Origin: an uncultured Thermotogae bacterium | GTDB lineage: Bacteria > Bipolaricaulota > Bipolaricaulia > UBA7950 > UBA9294 | Reading direction: 5' to 3' | NCBI GenBank assembly: GCA_964554715.1 | Contig: CAZKPU010000022.1 | Span: forward strand, 1 to 20,038 | DNA length: 20,038 nucleotides | In this document: in pieces, positions 5,458 through 14,512 of the stretch | How the letters are laid out: every line of letters begins with the position of its first letter | Position numbering within the stretch: the stretch's first letter is position 1 | Translations under genes and position numbers: made by a program | Notes under the pieces: model-generated | What the model was told of the DNA's origin: nothing | What the model saw: the letters and a program-made list of their open reading frames with translations, nothing else | The model's database searches: none

Positions 5458-7138
5458 GTCCAGGATCCCACTGCCGTTGCGTCCGAGGCTTGTCGCCGTG
5501 TTCTTTGCTTTCCTAGGGCTCGTTCTTGTGGGGCGACTCGTGCAGCTTCAGATCGTCCAACACGACGAATGGTTCAGCGTCGCTGCAGATATCCAAGAAG
5601 TCACCGTCGAACTTGCTCCGCAACGAGGAACGATCCATGACCGAAACGGTCTTGTCCTTGCCGAAGACATCAAGGCGATGGCGATCGCCGTGGACAGCTT
5701 CAACATGACGCGCCCGGAGACGCTGGTTGAGATTCTCGCCGCACACCTCTCTCTTGGCGCCGATGAACTGCGCGATCTTGTGTATCGGCCCAGCTACTTC
5801 ACATGGATCGACCGATCGGTGGACCTTGACGATGCTGTCTTGATCCGAGAAGCGGCGGCGGAAGCCGGCGTCTACGGACTGATCTTCTTCGACACCTGGA
5901 AGCGTTCGTATCCGCAGGGGAACCTTGCCTCGAACGTTCTCGGATTCGTCGGAACCGACGGTGTAGGGCTCGAAGGGATCGAACTCTCGTTTGACGAATG
6001 GCTTACGGGGGAGTCGACGGTTTTGAAACTTGTGACCGGGAGGGACGGCCGCACATACGGATCGACGATCGTGTCCCAGGGGATGCAAGGGCGGGATCTT
6101 ACACTGTCGATCGACGCCGCGATCCAGCTCGCCTGCGAGGAGGAAATCGATCGGGGAACGGACCGGTTCCGAGCAAACTTCGGCCTGATCCTCGTCATGG
6201 ATCCGGATAACGGGAAGGTTCTGGCGATGGCGCAGAGCCGCCGCTACGATCCGAACCACTTCTCCGACTCGACCGCCGAGGATCGACGCAATCTTGCGGT
6301 CACTCATCTGTTTGAGCCGGGCTCCTCGTTCAAGGCGTTCAGCGCGGCGGCGGCGCTCGATGCGCGTACGGTCGATCTTGACGACCGGTTCAACGGAAAT
6401 GACGCGATCGTTGTCGGCGGGCACACCATCCACAATGCGGACTTCGAATCCTTCGGCCAGGTGACGCTTGCAGAGATCATCGAGTCCTCGATCAACACAG
6501 GGATGGTCCAGGTTGCGCTCGATCTCGGCGCCGAGCCGCTGCACGCGAAACTTGTGGAGCTCGGCTTTGGTCGTGAGACGGGGATCGAGCTTCCGGGAGA
6601 AGAACAGGGGATCCTGCGCGATCCCGAGCGGTGGGTCCCGCTGGATCTTGCTTCGACATCCATCGGGCAATCCGTTGCGGTTACGGCGATTCAGCTTGTG
6701 AGCGCGATGGCTTCGATCGCAAACGGGGGGCTGTCGATCCCTTGCAGCATCGTGGAAGCGAACCCCGATCGTGAGGACATCGAGGAGCCGATTCGGGTCC
6801 TCAGCGCGTCGACGTGTTCCACGATGAGGTCCTTGCTGTATCAGGTGGTCGAGTCGGGGACGGGGCAGTGGGCGAAGGTTCGAGACTACGAGATTGCCGG
6901 AAAGACAGGAACGGCCCAGAAGGCGGTTCCCGGCGAAGGATATGTCGAAGGGCTCTACACGTCCTTGTTTGCCGGATTCTTCCCGGCGTTTGATCCGCAG
7001 CTGGTAACCCTGGTTGTGTTCGATGAGGTCCAGACAACCCCGGTCGGGGGAGGCTATACAGCGGGACAGGTGTTCAGTCAGGCGGTTTCCCGCATTGTTC
7101 AGCTCGAACGAATCCCGCCTTCTTCCGCGGGGATGTAG
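5444..7138 (+). CDS. ftsI: Peptidoglycan D,D-transpeptidase, class B penicillin-binding protein (FtsI-like).
   Basis: Motifs SXXK (GSSFKAF), SXN (SSINTG) and KTG (AGKTGTA) are present. An N-terminal TM and a PBP dimerisation region are also present. Start ATG 5444 overlaps the ftsL stop by 14 nt. The ORF opens at 5342. Confidence 0.9.
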   Translation: MTNPRSRIPLPLRPRLVAVFFAFLGLVLVGRLVQLQIVQHDEWFSVAADIQEVTVELAPQRGTIHDRNGLVLAEDIKAMAIAVDSFNMTRPETLVEILAAHLSLGADELRDLVYRPSYFTWIDRSVDLDDAVLIREAAAEAGVYGLIFFDTWKRSYPQGNLASNVLGFVGTDGVGLEGIELSFDEWLTGESTVLKLVTGRDGRTYGSTIVSQGMQGRDLTLSIDAAIQLACEEEIDRGTDRFRANFGLILVMDPDNGKVLAMAQSRRYDPNHFSDSTAEDRRNLAVTHLFEPGSSFKAFSAAAALDARTVDLDDRFNGNDAIVVGGHTIHNADFESFGQVTLAEIIESSINTGMVQVALDLGAEPLHAKLVELGFGRETGIELPGEEQGILRDPERWVPLDLASTSIGQSVAVTAIQLVSAMASIANGGLSIPCSIVEANPDREDIEEPIRVLSASTCSTMRSLLYQVVESGTGQWAKVRDYEIAGKTGTAQKAVPGEGYVEGLYTSLFAGFFPAFDPQLVTLVVFDEVQTTPVGGGYTAGQVFSQAVSRIVQLERIPPSSAGM

Positions 7139-8985
7139 CTGCGAACCGCAACGGCAAGCATCGCCAGATCCGCATGAGACACGCCGGGCACCCGGCTGGC
7201 CTGTCCCAGAGAGCGAGGCCGCGCGTGGGAAAGGAGGTCTCGCCCTTCGGCAGACAGGTTGCGCACATCGATGTAGTCAAACGTTTCGGGAATGTTCAGA
7301 TCCTCCCATCGCTTGAGACGTGCGATTTCCCGATCCTGCTGCTCCAGGTAGCCTTGATACTTGGCGTGCACCTCGACTTCCGACCGCACGGCTTCGGGAA
7401 CCCCGGTTACATCCACCAGATCCTCGAGGCGGATCTCGGGACGACGAAGCAGTTCGTACAGGCTGGATCCGTTGCTTTGCAGCGGACGGGTTCCCCTGTC
7501 GATCAGAACTTCGTTGCGAGGATCACTCGGTCCGATACGCTCCGTTTGAAGCCGCTTCAGCATCTTGTTGATCCGGATCTCGCGTGACCTCACAGATGCG
7601 AGTTGCTCGTCGTTCAACAGTCCGATCTCGTGCCCCAGGCTGGCCAAGCGGAGATCGGCGTTCTGCTCGCGGAGAACGATCCGGTACTCGGCTCGTGATG
7701 GAAGCATCCGATAGGGTTCACGGACTCCTTTGGCTGTGAGATCGTCGGTCATCACTCCGAGGAACGCCTGGTGCCGCCCAAGGACGATCGGCGACATGCC
7801 GGAGACAAGCCGTGCTGAGTTGATACCGGCGAGAAGCCCCTGACCTGCGGCCTCTTCATACCCGGTGGTTCCGTTGACCTGACCGGCAAGGAAGAGCCCC
7901 TTCAATCCGGCGACCGACATGGTGGGAGCAAGCTGCATCGGATCCACGTAGTCGTACTCAATCTTGTATCCGAACCGCTGGATGGCCGCGTGCTCGAGAC
8001 CGGGGATGCTGTGAATGAGCTTCTCCTGCACGGCGGGAGGCAGCGATACGTAAACACCTTGAACGTAGACCTCCTGCGTGTTCCGCCCTTCGCGTTCTAA
8101 GAACACCTTGTGGCTGGTGCGTTCAGGGAACTTCACGATCTTCGTCTCCAGGGACGGACAGTGCCGCGGTCCCTCGCTGTCGACGTCCCCGCTGTAGCCC
8201 GGGCTCAGGTGAAGGTTCTGTTGGATGATGCGATGCGTCTCCGCGGTCGTTCTTGTGACGGCAACGGGAAACCCGGGCGGGCAGATGCGCGGCTCCGACC
8301 AGAACGAGAACGCGGAAGGCTGCTCGCGCGTCTGCTGCAGCTCAAGGCCGGTGTAATCGATGGTTCTGGCGTTCAGCCGCGGTGTGGTTCCGGTGTTGAG
8401 CCGTCCCATCGACAGCCCGAGCCGCTCCAAGGATCTCGCAAGTCCGATGGAGGGCGGCTCCCCCGACCGACCGGCGTCGTAGGATGTTTGGCCGATCAGA
8501 ACACGGCCACGCAGGAACGTCCCGGCAGCAATCACCACGGCCTGCCCCGCGATCTCGAACCCCTCGAGCAGCCGGACACCGCGAACGGTGCGTCCGCCGC
8601 CGGAGAAGAGGATCTCATCGACCGTCCCCTCGATCAGGTCAAGCCTGTCGAGCGATTCCAGCCGTGCCTTCCAAGCGGCCTGATACTGGAATCGGTCGAC
8701 TTGGGCCCGCTGCACCTGCATGGCGGATCCCTTGCTGGTGTTCAAGAGACGCAGCGTCAGAGAACAGGTGTCGGTCAGCCGCGCCATCTCGCCGCCCAAT
8801 GCATCGATCTCACGGACGAGTTGAGATTTTCCCGGTCCACCGATCGCCGGATTGCAGGGCATCTTTCCCAATCGAGACAGGGAGATGCTCACCAGTGCGG
8901 TTGCACAACCAAGCCGGGCGGCCGCGGACGCCGCTTCACAACCGGCGTGCCCTCCCCCCACAACAATGACGTCGTACTTGCGCAT
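7099..8985 (-). CDS. mnmG: tRNA uridine-5-carboxymethylaminomethyl modification enzyme MnmG (GidA).
   Basis: MRKYDVIVVGGGHAGCEAASAAARLG is an FAD Rossmann N-terminus. The sequence is GidA-like throughout (…GQVNGTTGYEEAAGQGLLAGINSA…). ATG at 8983-8985 (rc) with AAGGA SD. The ORF opens at 9120. The 3' end overlaps the ftsI 3' end convergently by 40 nt. Confidence 0.95.
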   Translation of the reverse strand: MRKYDVIVVGGGHAGCEAASAAARLGCATALVSISLSRLGKMPCNPAIGGPGKSQLVREIDALGGEMARLTDTCSLTLRLLNTSKGSAMQVQRAQVDRFQYQAAWKARLESLDRLDLIEGTVDEILFSGGGRTVRGVRLLEGFEIAGQAVVIAAGTFLRGRVLIGQTSYDAGRSGEPPSIGLARSLERLGLSMGRLNTGTTPRLNARTIDYTGLELQQTREQPSAFSFWSEPRICPPGFPVAVTRTTAETHRIIQQNLHLSPGYSGDVDSEGPRHCPSLETKIVKFPERTSHKVFLEREGRNTQEVYVQGVYVSLPPAVQEKLIHSIPGLEHAAIQRFGYKIEYDYVDPMQLAPTMSVAGLKGLFLAGQVNGTTGYEEAAGQGLLAGINSARLVSGMSPIVLGRHQAFLGVMTDDLTAKGVREPYRMLPSRAEYRIVLREQNADLRLASLGHEIGLLNDEQLASVRSREIRINKMLKRLQTERIGPSDPRNEVLIDRGTRPLQSNGSSLYELLRRPEIRLEDLVDVTGVPEAVRSEVEVHAKYQGYLEQQDREIARLKRWEDLNIPETFDYIDVRNLSAEGRDLLSHARPRSLGQASRVPGVSHADLAMLAVAVRSYIPAEEGGIRSS

Positions 8986-9031
8986 ATCCTTAAGGGTTGC
9001 TCCCGACTTGTGCGAACGCCAACCTGGAACG

Positions 9032-9781
9032 CTACTTGTCCTCGCTCCGGGAGAAGATCCGGAACAGCTCGATCGGAACCGGGAAGACGATCGTCGATGC
9101 GTTCTCTGCCGATATATCACTCAATGTCTGCAAGTATCGCAGCTGAAGGGATGACGGATGAGCTGCCATGATCGACGCTGCCTCACTCAGTTTCGTTGCT
9201 GCCTGCAACTCACCCTCCGCGTTAATGATCTTCGCGCGCCGATCCCGCTCCGCCTCGGCCTGGCGTGCGATCGCTCGCTGCATATCGGCGGGGATCTTCA
9301 CATCTTTGATCTCGACATTCTTCACTTTGATCCCCCACGGATCGGTTTGCTCGTCGACGATCTGCTGCAGTTGAAGATTGATCCGCTCTCGTTCTCCGAG
9401 AACCTGGTCGAGTTCGAACCCGCCCAGCACGCTTCGAAGTGTGGTCATCGCGATCTGACGTGTCGCCTCAACATAGTTCTGAACCTCCACGACCGCTGCG
9501 TTCGGATCGACGACACGGAAGAACAGCACGGCGTTCACAACGGTTGTCACGTTGTCTTTGGTGATCACTTCCTGTGGTGGGACATCGAGTGTCACTGTTC
9601 GCAGGCTGACCCGGACCATCTTGTCGACGATCGGAATGATCAGGAAGATCCCCGGTCCTTTGGCACCGACAAGCCGACCAAGACGGAAGATCACGCCGCG
9701 TTCGTATTCACGGACAACCCGGATCGCACTGACTAGGAAAAGGATCACGATCAACGAAACGGCAGCTATGATGATCTCCAC
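9032..9781 (-). CDS. SPFH/band-7 (stomatin/prohibitin-like) membrane protein.
   Basis: N-terminal TM ([18 protein letters not shown]) followed by an SPFH core ([17 protein letters not shown]…[26 protein letters not shown]…) and a coiled-coil ([22 protein letters not shown]). GTG start at 9779-9781 (rc) with SD AGGAGGG. Confidence 0.85.
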   Translation of the reverse strand: MEIIIAAVSLIVILFLVSAIRVVREYERGVIFRLGRLVGAKGPGIFLIIPIVDKMVRVSLRTVTLDVPPQEVITKDNVTTVVNAVLFFRVVDPNAAVVEVQNYVEATRQIAMTTLRSVLGGFELDQVLGERERINLQLQQIVDEQTDPWGIKVKNVEIKDVKIPADMQRAIARQAEAERDRRAKIINAEGELQAATKLSEAASIMAAHPSSLQLRYLQTLSDISAENASTIVFPVPIELFRIFSRSEDK

Positions 9782-9817
9782 TGGGTCCCTCCTTCGCTTT
9801 TCTCTTCGAACGGTTCG

Positions 9818-9846
9818 ATGGTAGAGTTGGTCCGTTTCAATGTCAA
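9818..9846 (-). promoter_or_regulatory. Sigma70-like promoter for the SPFH gene.
   Basis: On the minus strand: TTGACA (rc of 9841-9846), a 17-bp spacer, then TACCAT (rc of 9818-9823). Confidence 0.45.
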
Positions 9847-9863
9847 CAAGTCCAGGAACACGC

Positions 9864-9869
9864 TATAAT
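9864..9869 (+). promoter_or_regulatory. -10 hexamer TATAAT for the tpiA operon. The -35 is poor or ambiguous.
   Basis: Perfect TATAAT lies 27 nt upstream of the tpiA ATG. The only -35 candidate at 17-bp spacing is TGTCAA, which is the reverse complement of the SPFH -35. Confidence 0.4.
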
Positions 9870-9895
9870 CCGCCCGAAATGAACGGAGATCAGTC

Positions 9896-10738
9896 ATGAG
9901 GAATCGAATCGTTGCCGGAAACTGGAAGATGAACCTGACCCCCACCGAGACCGAAGAGTACATTCGTGCATTTCTACCGCAGGTTGCCGATCGATTCCCG
10001 ATGCGGCCGGCGACCGAACTGGCGGATTCGGAAGGAGCTGAGCGTTTGCGCTCGGACTTCAAGATCGTTCTGATCCCGCCGTTCACGAGTCTTGATCGGG
10101 CGGGACGCCTTCTCACGGGAAGGCCCTCGATCGCTTTGGGCGCCCAGGATGTGCACTTCGAAGCCAGCGGCGCGTTCACCGGAGCGATCTCGGCGTCGAT
10201 GTTGCTGAACTGCGGGTGTCAGTATGTGCTGATCGGGCATTCGGAACGGCGGCATGTCTTTGGCGAATCCGATGCGCTTGTCGCGTCCAAGCTGCGGGCG
10301 GCGCTTGCGGCCGGCCTCGCTCCGATTCTATGTGTCGGCGAAACGCTCGACGAGCGCCGGCAAGGGGCGACGCTCGATGTCCTAGTTCGGCAGCTCTCTT
10401 CCGCGCTGACCAGTCCGGAGATGCGTGACGCTGATCCTGGCCTCGTGGTCGTTGCGTATGAGCCTGTTTGGGCGATCGGAACCGGCGAGACAGCGTCCAG
10501 TGAGCAGGCCGAGGAGACGATCGGCGAGATCCGCGGTTGGATCGAGTCGTCGATCGGACCGGAGCCGGCGGAAAACACAGAGATCTTGTACGGTGGAAGC
10601 GTGAAGCCGGCGAATACGGCCGAACTCCTCTCTCAGCCGAACATCGACGGCGTCCTTGTGGGAGGTGCGTCCCTCAAGCCGGATTCATTCGCATCGATCG
10701 TCAGCGAAGCGTTTGCAGGCAACACCGAGCGTGGCTGA
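9896..10738 (+). CDS. tpiA: Triosephosphate isomerase.
   Basis: Signature motifs AGNWKMN, GHSERR, AYEPVWAIGTG and YGGSV are all present. Confidence 0.95.
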   Translation: MRNRIVAGNWKMNLTPTETEEYIRAFLPQVADRFPMRPATELADSEGAERLRSDFKIVLIPPFTSLDRAGRLLTGRPSIALGAQDVHFEASGAFTGAISASMLLNCGCQYVLIGHSERRHVFGESDALVASKLRAALAAGLAPILCVGETLDERRQGATLDVLVRQLSSALTSPEMRDADPGLVVVAYEPVWAIGTGETASSEQAEETIGEIRGWIESSIGPEPAENTEILYGGSVKPANTAELLSQPNIDGVLVGGASLKPDSFASIVSEAFAGNTERG

Positions 10739-10755
10739 TGGAGGCCTAAGGACGA

Positions 10756-11313
10756 ATGTTTCATACCATCCCCAATCAAATCACCCTTGCGAGGATCGCC
10801 AGCGTTCCGCTGCTGATGTTCCTCATCCTTTGGGGATCGACATCACGGGTTTCGACCATCCTTGCGATCGCCCTGTTTGTCCTCGCAGCGATCTCCGATG
10901 CGGTTGACGGGTACATCGCCCGTAGCCTTGATCAAACCACGCTCTTCGGGAAATTCGCCGATCCGATCGCCGACAAGCTGATGATCACGGCCGCCTTGGT
11001 CTCGTTCGTCCAACTCGGTGAGCTGGGTGCGGCCCCTGTTGTGGTCATCATCGCACGCGAGTTCCTTGTCACGGCGTTGCGGATTCTGGCGATCGCCGAA
11101 GGGAAGGTCATCGCCGCGAGTCCGATGGGGAAGCTCAAAACTGTGACGCACATCTGGCTGGTCCTGGCTATCCTGGTCAATCGATCGTTCGACACCGGGG
11201 CCGCCGGGGGGTTGGGGAAGGAAATCGTCCTGTGGGTTGCCGTTGCGATGGCGGTGATCTCAGGTGGGGAGTACTTCTACCGGAACCGTGAAGTCTTCCG
11301 CCAGGGAACCTAG
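10756..11313 (+). CDS. pgsA: CDP-diacylglycerol--glycerol-3-phosphate 3-phosphatidyltransferase (CDP-alcohol phosphatidyltransferase family).
   Basis: CDP-OH transferase motif DAVDGYIARSLDQTTLFGKFADPIADK (D-x2-DG-x2-AR…G…D-x3-D). Multi-TM protein of about 185 aa. Confidence 0.85.
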   Translation: MFHTIPNQITLARIASVPLLMFLILWGSTSRVSTILAIALFVLAAISDAVDGYIARSLDQTTLFGKFADPIADKLMITAALVSFVQLGELGAAPVVVIIAREFLVTALRILAIAEGKVIAASPMGKLKTVTHIWLVLAILVNRSFDTGAAGGLGKEIVLWVAVAMAVISGGEYFYRNREVFRQGT

Positions 11314-12307
11314 CGGAGACGCCGGATCGGGGGGCGGCTCGATCAAGTCACTGACGGAGAGGGTGCGAGCGAGCTGTGCCTATGTAGCGCAGCAGGCGCG
11401 GCTTGTGCGGATCTGCGACGAACGAATCGCGTCCTATGCGAGAGAACTCCCTGTCGAGCAAGAACCATCCGGCCTCCTGCTGCCGTTCCAGCCCGATTCC
11501 CCGCGTGACATGGAAGCGATTGCAGCGTACGTCCTCACTCTCGACTCGATCAATTTCGGCTCCGGCTACTTCCCGCAGCTGCGAAAGCGGCCAGGATGTA
11601 GCGGCTACCGGACGATTGAGGCGGCGCTTCTTGATCGATTCCGAACACATGGCCCTCTCTCCGTTCGTGAACTCCGTACGGCCGACGAACAGGTTACGGC
11701 ATCGATCTTCGACCAGGATCCGGATCATTCGGAGCAGTCGGCTCTGATGAAGCTGTTTGCCCGGGCGTGGAATGACCTCGGCGTTTTCCTGACGGAGTCG
11801 TTCTCCGGGAGTTGGTCAGCCGTCATTCAGCGCGCCGATCAATCGGCCGTGAGGCTTGCTGAATGCTTGACGAGGATGCCGCTGTTTCGGGATGAGGTCA
11901 TGTATCGGGGCGAACGGATCGCTTTCTACAAGCGTGCACAGATTGCTCCCGCGGACCTGGCGCTCGCGTTCTCGGGCAAGGGGCTGGGAGCGTTCGAAGA
12001 TCTCGATCAGCTCACCTCGTTCGCGGACAACCTTGTCCCGCATGTCCTCCGGATGGATGGAGTTCTCGAGTATGCGGATTCCCTGGCTGAGTCGATCCGC
12101 CGTGGCGAATTGATTCCTTCCGGATCGGAGGCCGAGGTGGAGATCCGCGCGTGTGCCGTACACGCGATCGAGCGGATGGTCGGTGAACGACTCCGGCAAG
12201 GGGTGCGGACGACGGCGACGAGAATCGACCACCTGCTGTGGAACCGGGGGCAAGGGCGTTCGTATAAGAGCTATCCGCGTCACCGGACGCGTACGGTTTT
12301 CTACTAG
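11264..12307 (+). CDS. Probable DUF2419/Qng1-family protein (queuosine-salvage-like hydrolase). The start codon is uncertain.
   Basis: Segments FYKRAQIAPADL, LTSFADNLVPHVLRMDGVLEY and SEAEVEIRACAV resemble motifs I recall for DUF2419 (Qng1/C9orf64). Candidate GTG starts are at 11264, 11288, 11354 and 11396. The first overlaps the pgsA 3' end. Confidence 0.5.
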   Translation: MGSTSTGTVKSSAREPSGDAGSGGGSIKSLTERVRASCAYVAQQARLVRICDERIASYARELPVEQEPSGLLLPFQPDSPRDMEAIAAYVLTLDSINFGSGYFPQLRKRPGCSGYRTIEAALLDRFRTHGPLSVRELRTADEQVTASIFDQDPDHSEQSALMKLFARAWNDLGVFLTESFSGSWSAVIQRADQSAVRLAECLTRMPLFRDEVMYRGERIAFYKRAQIAPADLALAFSGKGLGAFEDLDQLTSFADNLVPHVLRMDGVLEYADSLAESIRRGELIPSGSEAEVEIRACAVHAIERMVGERLRQGVRTTATRIDHLLWNRGQGRSYKSYPRHRTRTVFY

Positions 12308-12309
12308 CG

Positions 12310-12732
12310 TTAGCTGCCGGAGCCGGCGGCTTGCTGTGGTGGAGGAAGCTCCACCGTCACCTCGGCGCGGATCGCCTCGATCAGTACCGGACCGATCCCC
12401 GACACGCCAGCAAGGTCTTCGACCGTGCTGAACGATCCATGTGTCTCCCGGTAGACGACGATTCTTGCTGCCAAGACCTCGCCGATTCCCGGTAGACGGG
12501 TAAGTTCCTGTTCATCGGCTGTATTCAGATTGACAAGGCTCGGACCATCTTGGAAGGTGGGTGACAGCACGATAACGTCTAGGGAAACGGCTGTTGGGCA
12601 GGAAGAATCCATGCCTTGAGGGGTGAGGTCCGCCTTGACAGCGGCGTGATCGACGATGAGAACCACCGCGCCGGCCAGCAGCAAACCACCGATGACAAGA
12701 AGCACGCCACGTTGCTGCAACGAGGTTGGCAC
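12310..12732 (-). CDS. comEA: ComEA-family competence protein (helix-hairpin-helix DNA-binding).
   Basis: N-terminal TM, then VNLNTADEQELTRLPGIGEVLAARIVVYRETHGSFSTVEDLAGVSGIGPVLIEAI. This is the ComEA HhH signature. Confidence 0.8.
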   Translation of the reverse strand: MPTSLQQRGVLLVIGGLLLAGAVVLIVDHAAVKADLTPQGMDSSCPTAVSLDVIVLSPTFQDGPSLVNLNTADEQELTRLPGIGEVLAARIVVYRETHGSFSTVEDLAGVSGIGPVLIEAIRAEVTVELPPPQQAAGSGS

Positions 12733-12826
12733 GGTCTCCCTCCCAGGGTTGTTGAACGATCAAGGATATGGCCGGACAATCTCTGCGCCAAATCGCAAAT
12801 CCGACGACACGTTGACAGGAGGAACC

Positions 12827-13102
12827 ATGTGGAAGGTCGCGTTCTCTGCGTTTGCGCTTGTATTTCTTGCCGAACTGGGTGACAAGACACAACTTGCTGC
12901 CTTGGCCCTTTCGGCCGACTCGAACCGGCCTTGGGCGGTCTTCCTCGGAGCGTCCGCGGCGCTGATCCTATCGAGCGGGATCGCAGTCATCTTGGGCACC
13001 GTGCTTCACCGGGCGATGCCCGAAGGGATGACCAAGATCATCCAATATGCTGCGGGAGCGTTGTTTCTCGTTGCCGGCGTCGTGACGATCGTCAGGGCGT
13101 AG
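12827..13102 (+). CDS. UPF0016 (GDT1/TMEM165) family single-domain membrane protein, 91 aa.
   Basis: MWKVAFSAFALVFLAELGDKTQLAALALSA carries the E-x-G-D-K-T motif. SD AGGAGG lies 4 nt before ATG 12827. The longer ORF from 12656 is antisense to comEA and was discounted. Confidence 0.8.
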   Translation: MWKVAFSAFALVFLAELGDKTQLAALALSADSNRPWAVFLGASAALILSSGIAVILGTVLHRAMPEGMTKIIQYAAGALFLVAGVVTIVRA

Positions 13103-13910
13103 CCGGTTCGTCGAACCATGCGGTTGTTTCTAGCTTCCGGAGCGGCGTAAGCAGGGATTTCTCCGTCATATCGAGGTGAACGGGCGTAATGGAGATGCAT
13201 CCGTTCGTCACAGCGCCGATGTCGGTATCCTCCTCTTCCCGCGGGACTTCCGTAAGAGGATCGCCGGTGATCCAGTAGTAGTTTCTTCCTCGAGGATCCT
13301 TGCCAACGACCAAGTAGTTGTCGTACGCAAGTCCCCCCAACTTGGTCACGCGAACGGGAACGGCGCGCCCAGCTCCGGCAGGAGGGGCGGGAACGTTGAC
13401 GTTGAGGAGAACGCCCGGAGGGAGGGACCCTTCTTCCAGCAAGCGGGACACGAGCCTCGCGGCGAAGTAAGCGGCGTGTGCGTAGTCAGACGGACCACCT
13501 TCGCCGCCGCGCATGTCTTGAGATAGAGCAACGGCGGGAACACCGCCACGGGCGCCTTCCATCGCTCCGGCGACGGTTCCCGAATAGGTGATGTCTTGCC
13601 CCACGTTGAGTCCGGCGTTGATTCCGGAGACCACAAGATCCGGACGTCGCTCGATCAGACCGAGAAGCGCCAACGAGACACAGTCGGACGGTGTACCGCT
13701 GCACGCGTAGGCAACGGATCCGTCGAGCAGTTGGACCTGGTCGACACGAAGGGGCTTATGGAACGTCATCGTCCGGCCGGCGGCGGACCAGTTCCGGTCC
13801 GGAGCGTAGACATGGACTTCGGCCACCTTGTCCAGTTCCTGCTTCAGTGCCATCAAGCCGGGGGCGTTGACGCCGTCATCGTTTGTCAGCAACACCGTCC
13901 ACTTCTTCAC
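13092..13910 (-). CDS. surE: 5'/3'-nucleotidase SurE.
   Basis: N-terminus MKKWTVLLTNDDGVNAPGL is the SurE DDG motif. GTG start with SD GGGGAGGG. Confidence 0.9.
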   Translation of the reverse strand: MKKWTVLLTNDDGVNAPGLMALKQELDKVAEVHVYAPDRNWSAAGRTMTFHKPLRVDQVQLLDGSVAYACSGTPSDCVSLALLGLIERRPDLVVSGINAGLNVGQDITYSGTVAGAMEGARGGVPAVALSQDMRGGEGGPSDYAHAAYFAARLVSRLLEEGSLPPGVLLNVNVPAPPAGAGRAVPVRVTKLGGLAYDNYLVVGKDPRGRNYYWITGDPLTEVPREEEDTDIGAVTNGCISITPVHLDMTEKSLLTPLRKLETTAWFDEPATP

Positions 13911-13934
13911 ATGTATCCCTCCCCTTGACGTTCG

Positions 13935-14486
13935 TCAAACCCATCGGTAGAAGTGCAGCTCGTTGTCGCCGTACTTCCTGAGATCAACACGGCTCAGATT
14001 CCCCACCTGTCCGGGGAGCGGTTCCCGGCGTCGAACCTCGGCAACCACGACAGGGTCGGGACCGAGCAGCTTCCCCACGGAGATCTTGCCCACAGCAGCC
14101 GCGGCCAACCCCCGTCCGTACGGAGGACCGACAAACACGAGATCGAACCGACGGCCACGGCGCACCAAATGATCGATCGCATCGGCGTAGTCCATGCACA
14201 GGACCTGGCTCTGTTCGATCAGCTCGAGGAGATCGAGGTTTCGCCTGACGATTCCACATGCATAGTCCGACGCGTCGACGAACACGCAGGAGTCCGCGCC
14301 CCGCGACAGCGCCTCGAGCCCCACGCTGCCCGTACCGGCGAACAGGTCGAGGAAGCGGGCCTCGGGAACGAATTCGAGGAGGATGTTGTACAGAGCACTG
14401 CGAACGAAGTCTCTCATCGGCCGGATCCCCGTGTCTTCCCACGGAACCAGCTTGCGTCCCTTTCGGCTGCCTCCGATGATGCGCAT
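13935..14486 (-). CDS. rsmD: 16S rRNA (guanine966-N2)-methyltransferase RsmD.
   Basis: MRIIGGSRKGRKL…RPMRDFVRSALYNIL…FLDLFAGTGSVGLEALSRGA…DLVFVGPPY. SD GGAGGGGAG. It ends 24 nt upstream of surE. Confidence 0.85.
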   Translation of the reverse strand: MRIIGGSRKGRKLVPWEDTGIRPMRDFVRSALYNILLEFVPEARFLDLFAGTGSVGLEALSRGADSCVFVDASDYACGIVRRNLDLLELIEQSQVLCMDYADAIDHLVRRGRRFDLVFVGPPYGRGLAAAAVGKISVGKLLGPDPVVVAEVRRREPLPGQVGNLSRVDLRKYGDNELHFYRWV

Positions 14487-14512
14487 GCCTGCTCTCCCCT
14501 CCGTCTCTTGCC

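Noticed and set aside
5513-6670. 385-aa minus-strand ORF antisense to ftsI.
   Set aside because: No recognisable domain. It overlaps the PBP gene that carries all three transpeptidase motifs.
8110-9171. 353-aa plus-strand ORF antisense to mnmG.
   Set aside because: A GC-frame artefact (Arg/Gly/Pro-rich). mnmG on the minus strand is unambiguous.
12733-12826. Possibility of a yybP-ykoY (Mn2+) riboswitch upstream of the UPF0016 gene. Also a CAAATC-G-CAAATC direct repeat in the leader.
   Set aside because: The intergenic region is only 94 nt and must also carry the divergent comEA promoter. That is too short for the ~100+ nt aptamer. No conserved yybP-ykoY features were seen. The short direct repeat alone is not interpretable.
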